Notes: a model not told the origin generated them from the letters alone. 64,000 bases of DNA from Candidatus Bathyarchaeota archaeon (GCA_963697165.1 CAVOMX010000018.1:1-64000), one strand, 5' to 3'; positions 50,935 through 63,431 are shown, counted from the first letter of the stretch. Numbers and translations: made by a program.

Positions 50935-53280
50935 TTGGCTAAGAAAGGTTTAGTTGTTAAAGCAAAAGAACTGAAAACAGATGTTGCTATAGTAAAGGAT
51001 CTTGAAGTGTCCATCGGCAAAATTGTTGATGACACTTGGGAAGAGCCTATGGGTCCAACCCCTTTCCCTTCAATGACTGATTTGAGAGATTGGGACTTCA
51101 AACTTCTGCAACGCTACAAACCCTTTTATCTACCCTTCTGTGATGTCTGCTGTTTATGCACTTTCGGAAAATGTGACCTGTCAGGAGACAAACGAGGGGC
51201 CTGTGGATTAAACATGGCTGCTCAGCAGTCAAGGATCGTTCTCCTTGCATGCTGTATCGGAGCCGCCACACACATTGCACATGGTAGACATTTAATTGAA
51301 CACTTGATAGAAAAATATGGACGCGACATTTCCCTTGACCAAGGAGGCTTAAACATAGACGTAGAAGCTCCTGTCACTCGTCTAGTCTGTGGAATTAAAC
51401 CTGAAACGCTCAAGGATTTGGAGGAAGCCTTAGACTGGTGTGAAGAACAAGTTACAAATTGTCTTTCTGCAACTCACACAGGGCAAGAAGGAAACAACAT
51501 AGACTTTGAGTCAAAAGCTTTCCATGTTGGAATGGCAGACCAAGTTGGAATGGAAGTAGCTGATATAGCCCAGATTTCGGTTCTCGGTTTTCCAAAAGCT
51601 GACCCTGAAGCTCCACTTGTAGAATTGGGCTTTGGAGTAGCAGATGTCAAGAAACCAACAATTCTTGTAATTGGTCACAACGTTCCATCAAGCGTTGGAA
51701 TAATTGATTACCTGACCAAAAAGAAGCTAATGGATAAAGTCGAAGTTGTAGGAATCTGTTGCACTGCCCACGACCTAACTCGATACAGTCCTTCTGCTAA
51801 GGTTGTTGGTCCAATTTCTTGGCAACTAAAATACATCAGAAGCGGACTAGCTGACCTGATTGTCGTTGACGAACAATGTATCAGAGCAGATGCTCTGGAA
51901 GAAGCACAAAAAGTCAAAACTCCAGTAATCGCATCAAGCCCCAAAAACTGTTTGGGTCTCCAAAATAGGACCAACGACCCAGCGAAAGAACTTGTAGCCG
52001 ATTTAGTGGAAGGCAAAGTTCCTGGTGTGCTCATTTTAGATCCTGACAAGGCTGGAGAAGTTGCTGTTGAAGCTGTTATGGCTGTTGCACCGAAAAGAAA
52101 CAAGTTCAGTATAATTCCTGATATCGAAACGATAAAAGCTGCAGGTGAAGCATGCAGCGAATGTAATGAATGTATACGCGCATGTCCAAACAATCAACCA
52201 ATTCCTGAAGCAATGAAAGCCGCAGCTCAAGGCAACCTTGATCCATTTGCTGAAATTCTCGATAACTGTGTAGGATGTGCCCGATGTGACAGTGCATGCC
52301 CCAACGATTTCCCACTCCACAGCTTCATGGTGAAGGCCGGAGAGAAAAAGTTGTGGGAAGAAAAGTTCATGATGCGATCTGGACGCGGTGCCATACAAGA
52401 TATTGAAATCCGAAACGTTGGAGGTCCTATAGTTCTCGGAGAGATTCCAGGAGTCATAGCCATAGTGGGATGTTCCAACTATCCTGAAGGTGGCAAAGCA
52501 GTGGCCGAAATCGCTGAAGAATTCGCGAAACGCAGATTCATAGTTGTCCTCTCTGGTTGTGCAGCCATGTCTGTTGCGATGGTAAAAGATGAAGAAGGAA
52601 AATCTCTATACGAGAAATACCCTGGTGGCTTCGAAGCTGGAGGTATCCTGAACGTTGGTTCTTGTGTCTCTAACTCTCACATAGCCGGTGCAGCAATCAA
52701 AATCGCAAGCATCTTCGCAAAACGTAACCTACGCGGTAACTACGAAGAAATCGCTGATTATATCCACAACCGTGTTGGAGCTGTTGGACTTGCTTGGGGT
52801 GCTTACTCCCAAAAAGCAGCTGCAATAGCTTCCGGTTTCTGGAGACTTGGAGTTCCCGTAGTGGTTGGTCCACATGGATCCAAGTATAGGCGTATGCTTC
52901 TTGGAAGAGCAGATAACAAGGAAGATTGGTATGTTTATGATGCCCGAACAGGCGACAAAGTTTACGTTGGTCCTGCTCCTGAGCATCTGTTTACAACTGC
53001 AGAGTCCAAGGAAGAAGTTATGGTGATGATGATTAAGCTCTGTATGAGACCAAACGACACCACTAAAGGTCGCAGTATGAAGTTGACTCACTATATTGAC
53101 CTGCACAAACGCTACTATGGTGTTATGCCTGATGACATACACCTGTTTATCCGAAACAAGATGGACATACCCATCACCATGAAAACTGAAATCCTCAAAA
53201 TCCTCGAAGAAAAGGATTGGAAGGAAACAAGAATTCCAGACCCGACTTTACTTAAGAGAATGGTTAGAAAGAGAGGTTGA
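50935..53280 (+). CDS. cdhA: CODH/ACS alpha subunit, copy 2 (main operon)
   Basis: 781 aa, colinear with copy 1, same cluster ligands. Confidence 0.96.
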   Translation: MAKKGLVVKAKELKTDVAIVKDLEVSIGKIVDDTWEEPMGPTPFPSMTDLRDWDFKLLQRYKPFYLPFCDVCCLCTFGKCDLSGDKRGACGLNMAAQQSRIVLLACCIGAATHIAHGRHLIEHLIEKYGRDISLDQGGLNIDVEAPVTRLVCGIKPETLKDLEEALDWCEEQVTNCLSATHTGQEGNNIDFESKAFHVGMADQVGMEVADIAQISVLGFPKADPEAPLVELGFGVADVKKPTILVIGHNVPSSVGIIDYLTKKKLMDKVEVVGICCTAHDLTRYSPSAKVVGPISWQLKYIRSGLADLIVVDEQCIRADALEEAQKVKTPVIASSPKNCLGLQNRTNDPAKELVADLVEGKVPGVLILDPDKAGEVAVEAVMAVAPKRNKFSIIPDIETIKAAGEACSECNECIRACPNNQPIPEAMKAAAQGNLDPFAEILDNCVGCARCDSACPNDFPLHSFMVKAGEKKLWEEKFMMRSGRGAIQDIEIRNVGGPIVLGEIPGVIAIVGCSNYPEGGKAVAEIAEEFAKRRFIVVLSGCAAMSVAMVKDEEGKSLYEKYPGGFEAGGILNVGSCVSNSHIAGAAIKIASIFAKRNLRGNYEEIADYIHNRVGAVGLAWGAYSQKAAAIASGFWRLGVPVVVGPHGSKYRRMLLGRADNKEDWYVYDARTGDKVYVGPAPEHLFTTAESKEEVMVMMIKLCMRPNDTTKGRSMKLTHYIDLHKRYYGVMPDDIHLFIRNKMDIPITMKTEILKILEEKDWKETRIPDPTLLKRMVRKRG

Positions 53281-53285
53281 TAAAA

Positions 53286-53832
53286 ATGAGTGCAAAAGCA
53301 GAACCTTGGCAAACAGCAGAGATTGCAGGACCCCAGAAGGCCCTGGTCATCACCAAACCTGAAATAGCTGCGGCAATGATAAAACGGGCAAAACGCCCAA
53401 TCCTCATTGTCGGATACTTGGCCACAAAAACTGACAAAGACACAGGCAAAATGATAGACTACGCCATCCGCCTAAACAAAGCAACTGGTATCCCAGTTGT
53501 CGCAACCGCACATACAATAAAGGAATTTGTGAAACAAGGATTTGAGCAAGCAACACAGATGAACGCCATGGATATCGGCAACCGACTAAAAGACCCAACA
53601 TGGATTGGCTTAGACGGAAAAGGTCCATATGATGTCGCACTGTTCATGGGACTTCCATATTATATGGAGTTCGTGATCTTGTCTGGACTAAAACACTTTT
53701 CCACAAATCTTAAGACCATTAGCTTGGACAGGTACTATAACCCCCATGCAAGTTGGTCTTTCCCAAACCTCAAAGTTGAGGAATGGAATCAAAGTTTTGA
53801 GACAATAATAAACAACTTTAGGAGGAAATTAA
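53286..53832 (+). CDS. cdhB: CODH/ACS epsilon subunit, copy 2 (indel near the 3' end)
   Basis: Close paralogue of 35686-36231. Confidence 0.92.
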
Positions 53833-53836
53833 AAAA

Positions 53837-55223
53837 ATGTCAATGTTTGATGACATCCCAGTGGATGTTGGAGTAATCTATGAAGGAGAAAGAATCCGAA
53901 AAGACAACATGCAAGTAGAACTAGGAGGACCAAAACAGCCAGCAAAGTTCGAGCTAGTGCGCGCAAAGAAAATGGATGAAGTCGAAGACGAAAAAGTAAC
54001 AGTCATTGGTCCTGATCTCAAAGATTTGCCAGAAGGCGGCAATGTTCCCTTCGGTATTTACATAGAAGTTGCCGGCAAAGACATCGAAGAGGACCTTGAG
54101 GGTGTAACAGAGCGCCGAATCCACGAATACCTTAACTTCATCGAAGGAATCATGCACCTAAACCAGCGCTACGACATCTGGATACGCGTAAGCAAAAAAT
54201 CGTTCCAGAAAGGATTGACCTCTTTCACTCACGTTGGAAAAGTTTTGGCAAGACTCTACAAGAGCGAATTGCCCTTCATCGAAAAAATTCAAATCACCTT
54301 CATAACTGACCCTGCAAAAGTTCAGGAAATGTATGATCAAGCAATGGGAATTTATGAAGCCAGAGACGCAAAAGCCAGAGGAATGAAAGACGAAGAAGTT
54401 GATACATTCTACGGATGCACTTTGTGCCAATCCTTCGCGCCAACACACATGTGCGTAATTACTCCTCAACGATACTCTAACTGTGGCTCAATCAGCTGGT
54501 TCGACGGCAGAGCCTCTGCACAGGTCGACCCGAAAGGTCCAGTTTTCGCTATAGCAAAAGGAGAAATGCTTGACGCAGAAAAAGGAGAATTCTCTGGAAT
54601 CAACGAATCAATCAAACAGAAGACTTTGGGTTCAGTTGACAAAGTATGGATGTATACTGGTTTCGGTTATCCACACACTTCATGCGGTTGTTTCGAAGCA
54701 ATGGCATTCTACATCCCAGAAGTAGAAGGTTACGGAATAGTTGACCGAGGATTCAAAGGCGTAACCGTAAACGGACTAGCCTTCTCAACACTAGCAGACT
54801 CTGGCGCTGGAGGTAGACAAGTAGACGGCTTCCATGGTATCGCAATCGAATACATGAGATCACCCAAGTTCCTGCAAGCCGACGGCGGATGGGACCGCGT
54901 AGTCTGGATGCCACAAAGCATTAAGGACCGTGTCAAAGAATTCATGCCCAAAGAAGCTGTTGACAACGTAGCAACAGAAAACGACGCAAAGACAGTTGAC
55001 GAACTAAAGACTTTCCTAAAAGAAAAGAATCACCCTGTTGTCCAAAGATGGAAAGAAGCTACAGCTGAAGAAGCACGCAGCTGAAGGCGAAGAAGCCCCA
55101 GAAACAACAGTATTTCCAGTATCTACAGCAACTGTTTCCACAGGCGGATTCAAGATAATCTTCAAGAACGCCAAAATCCACGCAGAAAAAGTAATCATTA
55201 AACGGGACAAACCAAAAAGGTGA
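53837..55223 (+). CDS. cdhC: Acetyl-CoA synthase beta subunit, frameshift near 55080
   Basis: YEGERIR, FYGCTLCQSFAP, HTSCGCFE, DGGW.RVVW; C-terminal KIIFKNAKIHAEKVII. Confidence 0.95.
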
Positions 55224-55229
55224 AAATCC

Positions 55230-56437
55230 ATGCCCGAAAGGGCGGAAAAAAACTCTGACCTCAAACTTCCCCCCGAACTCTTAGACCTCCTTACTGGCAT
55301 CGACGAGCTTGAGCTCGAAGATGTCGACATGGCAGTAGATGAACTGGAGTTCGTGTATCAGCCAGGAGTTATGCCTGCTATCCAAAGAATGGTTGCGGCA
55401 TCAAAAGGTAAGCCAACATCACTTTTGGATGCTCCATTCACTCTTCCTATACAGAAGTATCCAGGGCAAATCGTCGAAGTCACGCTTGGAGCCACAAAGA
55501 GCCAAGGTGGAAGCCGAGGAAAATCAATTATTATTGGCGGAGAAAAGTCTCCAGCCTTCTACACTTTTGAGAATCCTACACTCAACGCGCCAGTAATCTC
55601 TCTTGATGTTTTCGACTCCAAAGTGCCCATACCAAAAGCTGTGAAAACCAACTTCAACGATGCAATGGAAGACCCTGTATCTTGGGCAAAATTTGCAGTT
55701 GACAAGTTTGGAGCACAAATGATTACGCTCCATCTGGTTAGCATTGATCCACTAAACCCAAAGCCTTCAACACCTGCTGAAGCCGCAAAAACTGTTGAAG
55801 ATGTTCTTCAGGCAGTTGATGTGCCACTTGTTGTAGGCGGATGTGGTGACCCACAGAAAGACTTGGCAGTCTTTGAAAAGGTAACTGCGGCAGCTGAGGG
55901 AGAACGACTTCTCATAAGCACAGTTACTTTGGACATGGACATAGAAAAGTCAGCTAAACTAATCAAGAAGTATGGTCACGTTGCTTTGGCTTTCTCTCCA
56001 ATGGACCTGAACCAAGCAAGAGAACTAAACAGGCGTCTTCTTGAATATCTGCCCAAAGAGCAAATAATAATGGATACAACAACAGCGGCGCTAGGCTACG
56101 GACTTGATTACGCATACACTATCATGGAACGTGCAAGACTCGCAGGTTTGATGGGAGACCCTGAACTTCAGCAACCCATGTCGTCTGGAACAACCAACGC
56201 TTGGGCAGCAAGAGAAGCATGGCAAACAATGGATCCAAAATGGGGAGACAAAGGTCTTCGTGGACCTTATGGGAAACTGTGACTGGCTTAACTTTGTTGT
56301 TGGCTGGTGTTGACCTGTTTATGATGTTGCATCCTGCAGCCGTCAAAACTCTCCGGAACACTATCAAAAGATTAACAGAAAAAAGCGGTTCCGCGGATAT
56401 TGCAAAGATCGCTAACTGGGTATCAGCGAATTTTTGA
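55230..56437 (+). CDS. cdhD: Corrinoid Fe-S protein small (delta) subunit, one frameshift
   Basis: GGCGDPQKD, ALGYGLDY, NAWAAREAW, WETVTG..LLLAG.DLFMMLHP. Confidence 0.93.
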
Positions 56438-56449
56438 GGATGATTTGAC

Positions 56450-57873
56450 ATGTCAGGAAAAGAAACTAAGGGCGGAATAAAGCAACTTAGTCCAATCGAC
56501 GTTTACATGCTTCTTCCTAAAACAAACTGCAAAGAATGTGGAGAAGACAACTGTATGGCTTTTGCCACAAAAGTGGTGAACCGAGAAGTCAGCATAGATC
56601 AGTGTCCTCCGCTTCTGACCAAAGCAAACGAAAAGAATTACAGTAAACTCAAGGAAATGCTCAAGCCAGCCGTTAAAGAGGTGGCTGTTGGCGTTGGCGA
56701 CCGTGCAGTTAATGTTGGCGGAAAGCTGGTTATGTATCGTCACGAGTTCACATACACTAATCCGACCGCTATTGCCATTGACGTTACCGACGAAATGTCT
56801 GACGACGAAGTATTAGCTAGAGTGAAGAAGACCCAAGACTTTACTTACCTTTACATCGGCAACAACCTGCAGCTTCAAATGATTGCGGTTCGTTCAACTT
56901 CAAACGACGCCGAGAAATTCAAAGCAGCAGTTAAGAAGGTTGCAGAAAACACGAATTTGCCAATAATTCTCTGCTCATTTGATGCCAGCTATCCTCGAAG
57001 GCGGTTTGATGGCGATTCCGAAAGCTAGACCTCTATTGTATGCTGCCACCAAGGACAACTGGAAGGAGATGGCGGAATTGGCGTTGATGTATAACTGTCC
57101 GTTAGCTGTTTCTGCGCCAAACGACATTTCTCTTCTCAGATCACTGGTAAAGACTCTGAACGAATACGGCATCGAAGACCTTGTGTTAGACCCCGGAACT
57201 TTCACCAGTGCAGGTTTAGGCGACACAATCAACAACTTCACCATGATCCGCAGAGCAGCATGCAGCATGGGCGACGAACTACTAGGATATCCTCTAATCG
57301 GAACCCCTATTGTAGCTTGGACTGAACCCGCAAACTCTCCGACAGTGAATGCATGGAAAGAAGCTTACGTTGCATCAATGCTTGTAACCCGCTACGCTGA
57401 CATCCTGATTATGCATGGCACAGAAGGCTGGGCACTTCTTCCGTTGACTGTGTTGAGGCAGAACATTTACACTGACCCCAGAAAACCTGTTGCTGTAGAA
57501 GCAGGATTAAGAACCATCGGAACTCCTGACGAAAACTCTCCAGTGCTGATGACATCCAACTTTGCATTAACATACTACACTGTGGCACAAGACATAGAAT
57601 CCGTCTGGTACATCTGCCTATCTCATAGTTGTTGATTCTGAGGGAACAGCCATAGACAGTGGAGTCGCCGGCAGAAAACTGACTGCGGAAACTGTTGCAG
57701 ACGCCATCAAAGAGAGCAAGCTAGAAGAAAAAGTGAAACACCGAAAACTGATAATACCCGGCAAAGCGGCACGCATCAGCGGAGAAATAGAAGAGTCTTT
57801 CCAACTGGGAAGTCTTGTTGGACCACGAGACTCTTCAGGCATACCCAAATTTTTGCAAGAAAAATGGAAGTAG
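56450..57873 (+). CDS. cdhE: Corrinoid Fe-S protein large (gamma) subunit, frameshifted
   Basis: LPKTNCKECG..NCMAFA, IYTDPRKP, TSNFALTYY, LIIPG, VGPRDSS. Confidence 0.93.
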
Positions 57874-57915
57874 CTTAACCAGCTACTTTTCTCTTTTTGT
57901 TTCTTTTTTGTTGTT
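57868..57915 (+). terminator. Hairpin plus long T-tract after the cdh operon
   Basis: AAGTAGC-ttaacca-GCTACTT followed by a T-rich run. Confidence 0.6.
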
Positions 57916-58051
57916 TTCTCGTTTGGTTTTGTTGATCATGCTGTAATGTACATGCTTTTTTGGTAATTACCGCCGTTTATGAGGTAATATTTTCCAGAAC
58001 TATTTAAATAACTCCAATAAAAGTCATGATTGGTATAAGGCGGATTTAAAA

Positions 58052-58619
58052 ATGCCTAAGCTTGAAGATTCCATCCGAATCGAAAACGTAGTGTCGTCTG
58101 CCACATTGTTTCAGAGTATAGACCTGAACGCTGTTGTTAAGGGAAACCCCTTAGTTGAGTATCGTCCGGAAAAGTTTCCGGGTTTAGTTTTCAGATTAAA
58201 AAAGCCCAAGACTGCAATTCTAATTTTCAGTACAGGAAAAATGGTTTGCACTGGAGCCAAGTCTGAGAATGAATCAAAAAAAGCTGTTCTGAAAGTTGTA
58301 AGAGAACTGAAAAAAAGCGGAATAATAATAACTGGCAAACCCGAAATCAGAGTGGTTAACATAGTTGCCTCAGCGAATCTTTTGGGACGAATAGAGCTGG
58401 AAGATTGCGCCTACTCTCTAGGAAAGAACCATGTATGAGCCAGAACAGTTTCCGGGTCTCATCTACAGAATGAGTGACCCAAAAGTTGTGATTCTTCTCT
58501 TCGCAAGCGGGAAACTTGTTTGCACTGGAGCCACAAAAGAAGAAGACGTTTACAAAGCGGTTGACAAACTTCACAAAGACCTTGAAGAAAAAGACCTCAT
58601 ATACTACGAAGAAGATTGA
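58052..58619 (+). CDS. tbp: TATA-binding protein, one frameshift
   Basis: [41 protein letters not shown]. Confidence 0.96.
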
Positions 58620-58907
58620 ACCTGATTATGCATGACCCGTTTGACGTTTCTGTTATCTATCAATGTCTACTTTTTAGTTGGTACCTAAAATCTGAGTATT
58701 CCCTGATTGGAATTACTAGGAAATATACAGCCAATTTATGCGTAATCTACTTTTTTTGATTCTGTAAACACTGCGCATATGCATTCGTTCTTTGATACCT
58801 GTTTAAGTGTACATGTTCCTACTTTGATACCAGCGTTTGGCATCGTGTAAAAGAAAAAAAGAAAATAAAAAAATTGAATTGACAAAAATAGATGTTAGCT
58901 TATGAGC

Positions 58908-59060
58908 TTAATATCTATTTCTTCTCGGGGGTCTTCGTTTAGCGTAACATTCTCGACAATATACAGGTCTGCTTGAATCTGGCTTGAAAGGAACTTGACA
59001 TTTTTGTCCACATTCACCACAGACTGCATCGTGCATTTCGCGTGGTCCACCATATGACAT
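58908..59060 (-). CDS. CxxC-x17-CxxC zinc-ribbon microprotein, 50 aa (absent from the ORF track)
   Basis: MSYGGPREMHDAVCGECG...VPFKP...RPVYCRECY; GGAGGTG RBS. Confidence 0.88.
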   Translation of the reverse strand: MSYGGPREMHDAVCGECGQKCQVPFKPDSSRPVYCRECYAKRRPPRRNRY

Positions 59061-59427
59061 TCATGATTGCACCTCCTATCTATTCAAGAGAATTAGTTTC
59101 ACAGGGCACTAACTCTAAAAATTCTTACCTTAAAGTTACTTATAAACTTGTGTACAATCAATTAAAATTTCTGCAAGAAAAACGGAAGTATCTCTAGCCT
59201 TTTTTCCTTTTTTCAGAATTAGTTCACATTTTTTAATGGAACACTGTTTCCACATTTTTTACATTTAATCGTAACCTTGCTTATAGACAGTTAGCCTGAA
59301 GGGTGTTAAACGTCCACATTTTTGGCATTTAGACAAACTGTAGTTTTCCCCTGTCTTTTTTGTGAATTGTTTCAACTAACGCCGAAAAAATGTTGTAGTC
59401 TTTTTGATCTGGAATTTCCACAACAAC

Positions 59428-59738
59428 TCACCTCACTAACATTGGGGCTTCAAGTTCTTGTGGTTTCAGAAGGTTTGACATTTCTTTGTAATTTTCGATG
59501 TAATTGTTACCTTTAGCTGTTGTTTCATAGAATTTCTTTCCGTTCTCCACGCGGACTCTGAGGAACCCCATTTCAGTTAGGAAAGAAAGATACTCGTTTA
59601 CTTGGCTAAAACTCAAATTCACCCTATACATGATTCGGGTTTTAAGTTGCTCTTCCTTTTGCAACTTCCATTATTTCCGCTAATATATTGAGCTTGTCTC
59701 TACGTTCCCAAAGTGTTTCAATAGTTATTGCTTTTCAT
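59428..59738 (-). CDS. Winged-helix DNA-binding protein, frameshifted
   Basis: RRDKLNI.AEI...LKTRIMYRVNLSF...YL..L...YETTAKG. Confidence 0.8.
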
Positions 59739-59951
59739 TATTGTTCCTCGCTACGTTAGTTCAGTATTTTTCTTCTATACATCTGATGCCTAAAATACTG
59801 TGTTTCCTTAAGTAACATATTACGAGAAAAAGAATATAACAAAAGTTAGTTCGCTGCAGGTCACCGCTACCTTGAGGAAAGTTTACTGGAACTATGGTTT
59901 TACTGAAGGCTTAGAGCGATGATTTGACGTTTTTGCGAAAAGTTGAGGTAG

Positions 59952-60511
59952 CTAAATGGTTCCTAGATGTTCAAGGAGTATTCTCAGTCCAATAATTACT
60001 AGAATTATGCCGCCTAATGCTTCAACTCTGTTTCGTAGAATGCTACCCGAATCTGCTGCCAATATAGACGCCAAAAAAGATAGAGTGAATGTTAATAACT
60101 CCTGTTACTATTGCAAGCGTTATGATCGAAATGTTCAGGACATAAAGGCTGAGTCCAACGGCTAAAGCGTCAATGCTGGTGGCGATAGATAATATCAGTA
60201 ATACTTTGATGCTGAGTGAGCTGATGATGCTGTTTGATTCCTTTTTGATGGACTCGTAAATCATTCTGGAACCAATAACTGCTAGATAGAATAAATGCTA
60301 TCCAATGGTCAACCTCTGAAATCAAATCTAGAATATGTGCGCCAGCGTACCATCCAATTATGGGCATTATCGCCTGAAAGAATCCAAAAAAGGCCGCTAT
60401 CTTAATTGCTTTTGCGTTTTTGATTTTTTTAGTTGCCAACCCATTTGCTATTGCCACTGAAAAAGAATCCATTGCCAATGCTACAGCAATCAGTAGTGTT
60501 GTTATGTCCAT
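59952..60511 (-). CDS. mntP: Manganese efflux pump MntP, frameshifted
   Basis: ALAMDSFSVA, FGFFQ..MP..GW, DHWIAF, ATSIDALAVG. Confidence 0.9.
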
Positions 60512-60707
60512 TGATCTTCACTTTTGAAAGATGTAACCTTTGAATAATGTTGCACCTAAAAATATTTCTGACCTATATTAAACTGTTAAACAAATAATCT
60601 AGCCATTTTCCTGGCAACCACAAAATTCGAGACAAATAACAGGTATTGTGAGCTATAAATAACAGAACAGAATTCTTTTCTATCACATTAGCGAAGAAAA
60701 TTTTGTT

Positions 60708-61250
60708 CTAGACAACATATCTGTATGCTACGTATCTTCCTGCGGTCTTGCTGTTTCTGATGACCCTAACTAGGTCGCCAGGGTTGCCACCAACAGCTAT
60801 GATGGCTGGGTCGGAAGCGTTGATGCGAGGCAACTGATAAGCTTGCACTTTGTATTCTTCCAGAAATTTTTCTTTCTCATCAGGTGCGAGAAGTTCATGT
60901 TTTGACACGAAATCATGGTCGAAAATTTGGAATGATGGAAAGATTTTGGGAATCAATTCTATTCCGCTTTGTTTAGCGCGGCTCTTAGCTGTGTGAGTGT
61001 ACTTTCCAATGGTGACAACTATTCCTTTTTCAACTTTGTCGTCGTCCATTGCTTTTTTCAGTTGGGTAATATATGCAACTCCCACTGTTCCGTCGGTGGT
61101 AACTGCCCAGAGAATCGCCTTTTCTTTTTCCTTCATTTTGATGTTGTAGCTGATGGCGTTCTTTATCTCTTCTCTACTCGTTACCTTGTAACCACGAAGT
61201 TTTATGAGGACTTTGGTTTTCTTCTCTACCAGTGTTTCTTCAGAACTCAA
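60708..61250 (-). CDS. rpoH: RNA polymerase subunit Rpo5 (RpoH) with N-terminal RPB5-like domain
   Basis: C-terminal HDFVSKHELL, QLPRI..SDP, TAG.Y..YRYVV, plus ~105 extra N-terminal residues. Confidence 0.9.
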   Translation of the reverse strand: MSSEETLVEKKTKVLIKLRGYKVTSREEIKNAISYNIKMKEKEKAILWAVTTDGTVGVAYITQLKKAMDDDKVEKGIVVTIGKYTHTAKSRAKQSGIELIPKIFPSFQIFDHDFVSKHELLAPDEKEKFLEEYKVQAYQLPRINASDPAIIAVGGNPGDLVRVIRNSKTAGRYVAYRYVV

Positions 61251-61332
61251 CTATTCATTCCTCAATCTAGACAAGTATTCAGAGGGAAAACCGTCTGCAA
61301 ACCCTTAAACTTTACGCTAATTTTTACCCTTT

Positions 61333-61560
61333 TTATTGCTCGGTAACTGTGATAATGGATACCGGACAGGAATCTTCTGCATCTCTGGCGTTTTCAATTT
61401 CATCATCATCGAAGACTCCAGAGGATCCAGAAGCGTCAGTTTCTCCACCTATCACTGTTGACTTTCCTTCATCGTCTGGTTCAAAATGAGACGGATCAAT
61501 TGTATAGCATGTACCACATGCGATACATCCCCCACGTTCGATTTCAATTTTATACTTCAT
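61333..61560 (-). CDS. Single-cluster ferredoxin
   Basis: CIACGTC...CPVSII. Confidence 0.88.
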   Translation of the reverse strand: MKYKIEIERGGCIACGTCYTIDPSHFEPDDEGKSTVIGGETDASGSSGVFDDDEIENARDAEDSCPVSIITVTEQ

Positions 61561-61734
61561 TTAGAGTAACCACCTAACGTTAGTAAAGGTTGACGCTTAG
61601 GCAATTAAATTTTTGCTGTCTAACCAAAATCTCTATTCAGAAAGTATAAAGAGACTATACTTGTTTAGATAAACCATACGAAACCATTAATTAGATAAAC
61701 TTGTCCCTACAGTTTCTTAAAGTTGGGTTAAATC

Positions 61735-62473
61735 ATGAAAACTATCAATGTTGCGATGATAGGAGTTAGCGCTGCACTTTACGCTATTGTTGGTGTCTTA
61801 ACAAACATGGGCATCGCGAGCTCCGGCTGTTGGAGTAGTCAAATTTTGGCCAGCAGTTATAGTTCCAGGAATTTTTGCTGTGCTTTTTGGTCCTTGGGTT
61901 GGAGGAATAGGCGCGGCTATAGGAATCTTCGTCAGTGACATGGTTCAGCCTGGACACCAAATTCCTCTGTTAAGCCTAACTGTTGGTAGCACCTCAAACT
62001 TTGCGGGCTTCTATCTTGTTGGCTTGATTTCACGAATGAAACTGAAGTGGCGTGACATACTTGTTCTCTTAACTATCGGAAGTGTAGCATTAACCGGAAT
62101 GATTGGTTACTTGTTCTCCATCAATCAGTTAACCTTTGAAGTTTTACTCATGTTTTTAGGCATCGTCATTGCTTCCGATGCAATAGTAATCGCATTTGGG
62201 TTATGGAAACCTGAATGGAAAAACTATGGCTTCGCATCTGTTATCGGACTTCTTGCGGGAAGTACAATCATCGGTTTCGGTCTTTGGGCATACAGCCAAT
62301 TTCTCGTATTACCTTTAACAATATTCAAAGGTAACGCACCACTGTATGCGAGTTTCTCTTGGCTTGTTTGGACTTTCGCCACAGAAATTCCGTTCCTAGT
62401 AATCATTGTGCCACCTGTTGTAAAAATCTGCTACAGAGCCTTTCCTTTCCTAGCGCCTCCCAATAAAAAATAA
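61735..62473 (+). CDS. ECF transporter S component, one frameshift; substrate possibly pantothenate/pantoate (inferred from context)
   Basis: AALYA, FGPWVGGIGAAIG.FVSD; upstream of CoA genes. Confidence 0.7.
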
Positions 62474-62486
62474 GAGGCCAACTTGG

Positions 62487-63420
62487 ATGCTCAATCGAGC
62501 CCGAGCTTTTAGTCCTGCGGGAATTTCTAGTTTCTTTGAAATCTGTGACCGAACATCTGACGGGAGACTTATCTCTGATCCTGAGCAGATTGGCGCTCGG
62601 GGTGGCGGTTTTTCTCCAGACAAAGGAGTTTCAACCGAGGTTATTTTGGTTGAGGCTGAAGAAAAACGGGTTCAAGTTTTCATTAATGGAGAATGTTGTC
62701 CAGAGGCTAAGACAACCGAATCTGTTGTAGAGTGCTTTGACTGCGAAGGTTTCTGAAACATATTCGGTAACTGTGGTACATTGTGTAGAGGTGCCTGTTG
62801 GAGCTGGTTTTGGTTCTAGCGCCGCTGGTGCTCTTGGTACTGCTTTGGCTCTCAACAAAGTTTTGGGGCTAAATCTTACTTATAATCAATTGGGTAACAT
62901 AGCTCATGTGGCTGAGGTGAGGTGCCTGACAGGTTTAGGAACAGTTGGTCCATTATTGTTTGGGGGCTGCGGATTAACCCTTGAACCCGGTGCACCAACA
63001 ATTGCTCGTTTAGATCGTATTCCTGTTTCTCCTGACCACAGACTAGTTGTAGGCACTTTTAGACCATACCCAACAAAGGAAATGCTTGCTTCCGAAGAGA
63101 AAAGGAAACTAATTAACGAATGTGGACAAAAAACCCTCAGACGCATCCTTGCTAAATCTTCTCTGGAAAACTTTATGGAGGCTTGTAAAACGTTTGCTTT
63201 GGAGACTGGTTTTGCTACGAGCCGTGTCCAAAAGTTGATGGAACTATCCGAGAAGGCGGGAGCTGTTGGTGCAGCACAGAATATGCTGGGCGAGGCTGTT
63301 CACGCCTTGGTTACAGTTGACAATGTGAATGCTGTTTATGAGGCTTTCAGGAAACTTTTGCCTGAAGAAAAGATTATAATATCTAAAATTGACTTTCAAG
63401 GTGCACGCATAATCGGGTGA
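62487..63420 (+). CDS. Pantoate kinase (GHMP family), one frameshift
   Basis: AFSPAGISSFF, PVGAGFGSSAA, AHVAEV...TGLGTV, QNMLGE. Confidence 0.88.
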
Positions 63421-63431
63421 TGAACTAAATA

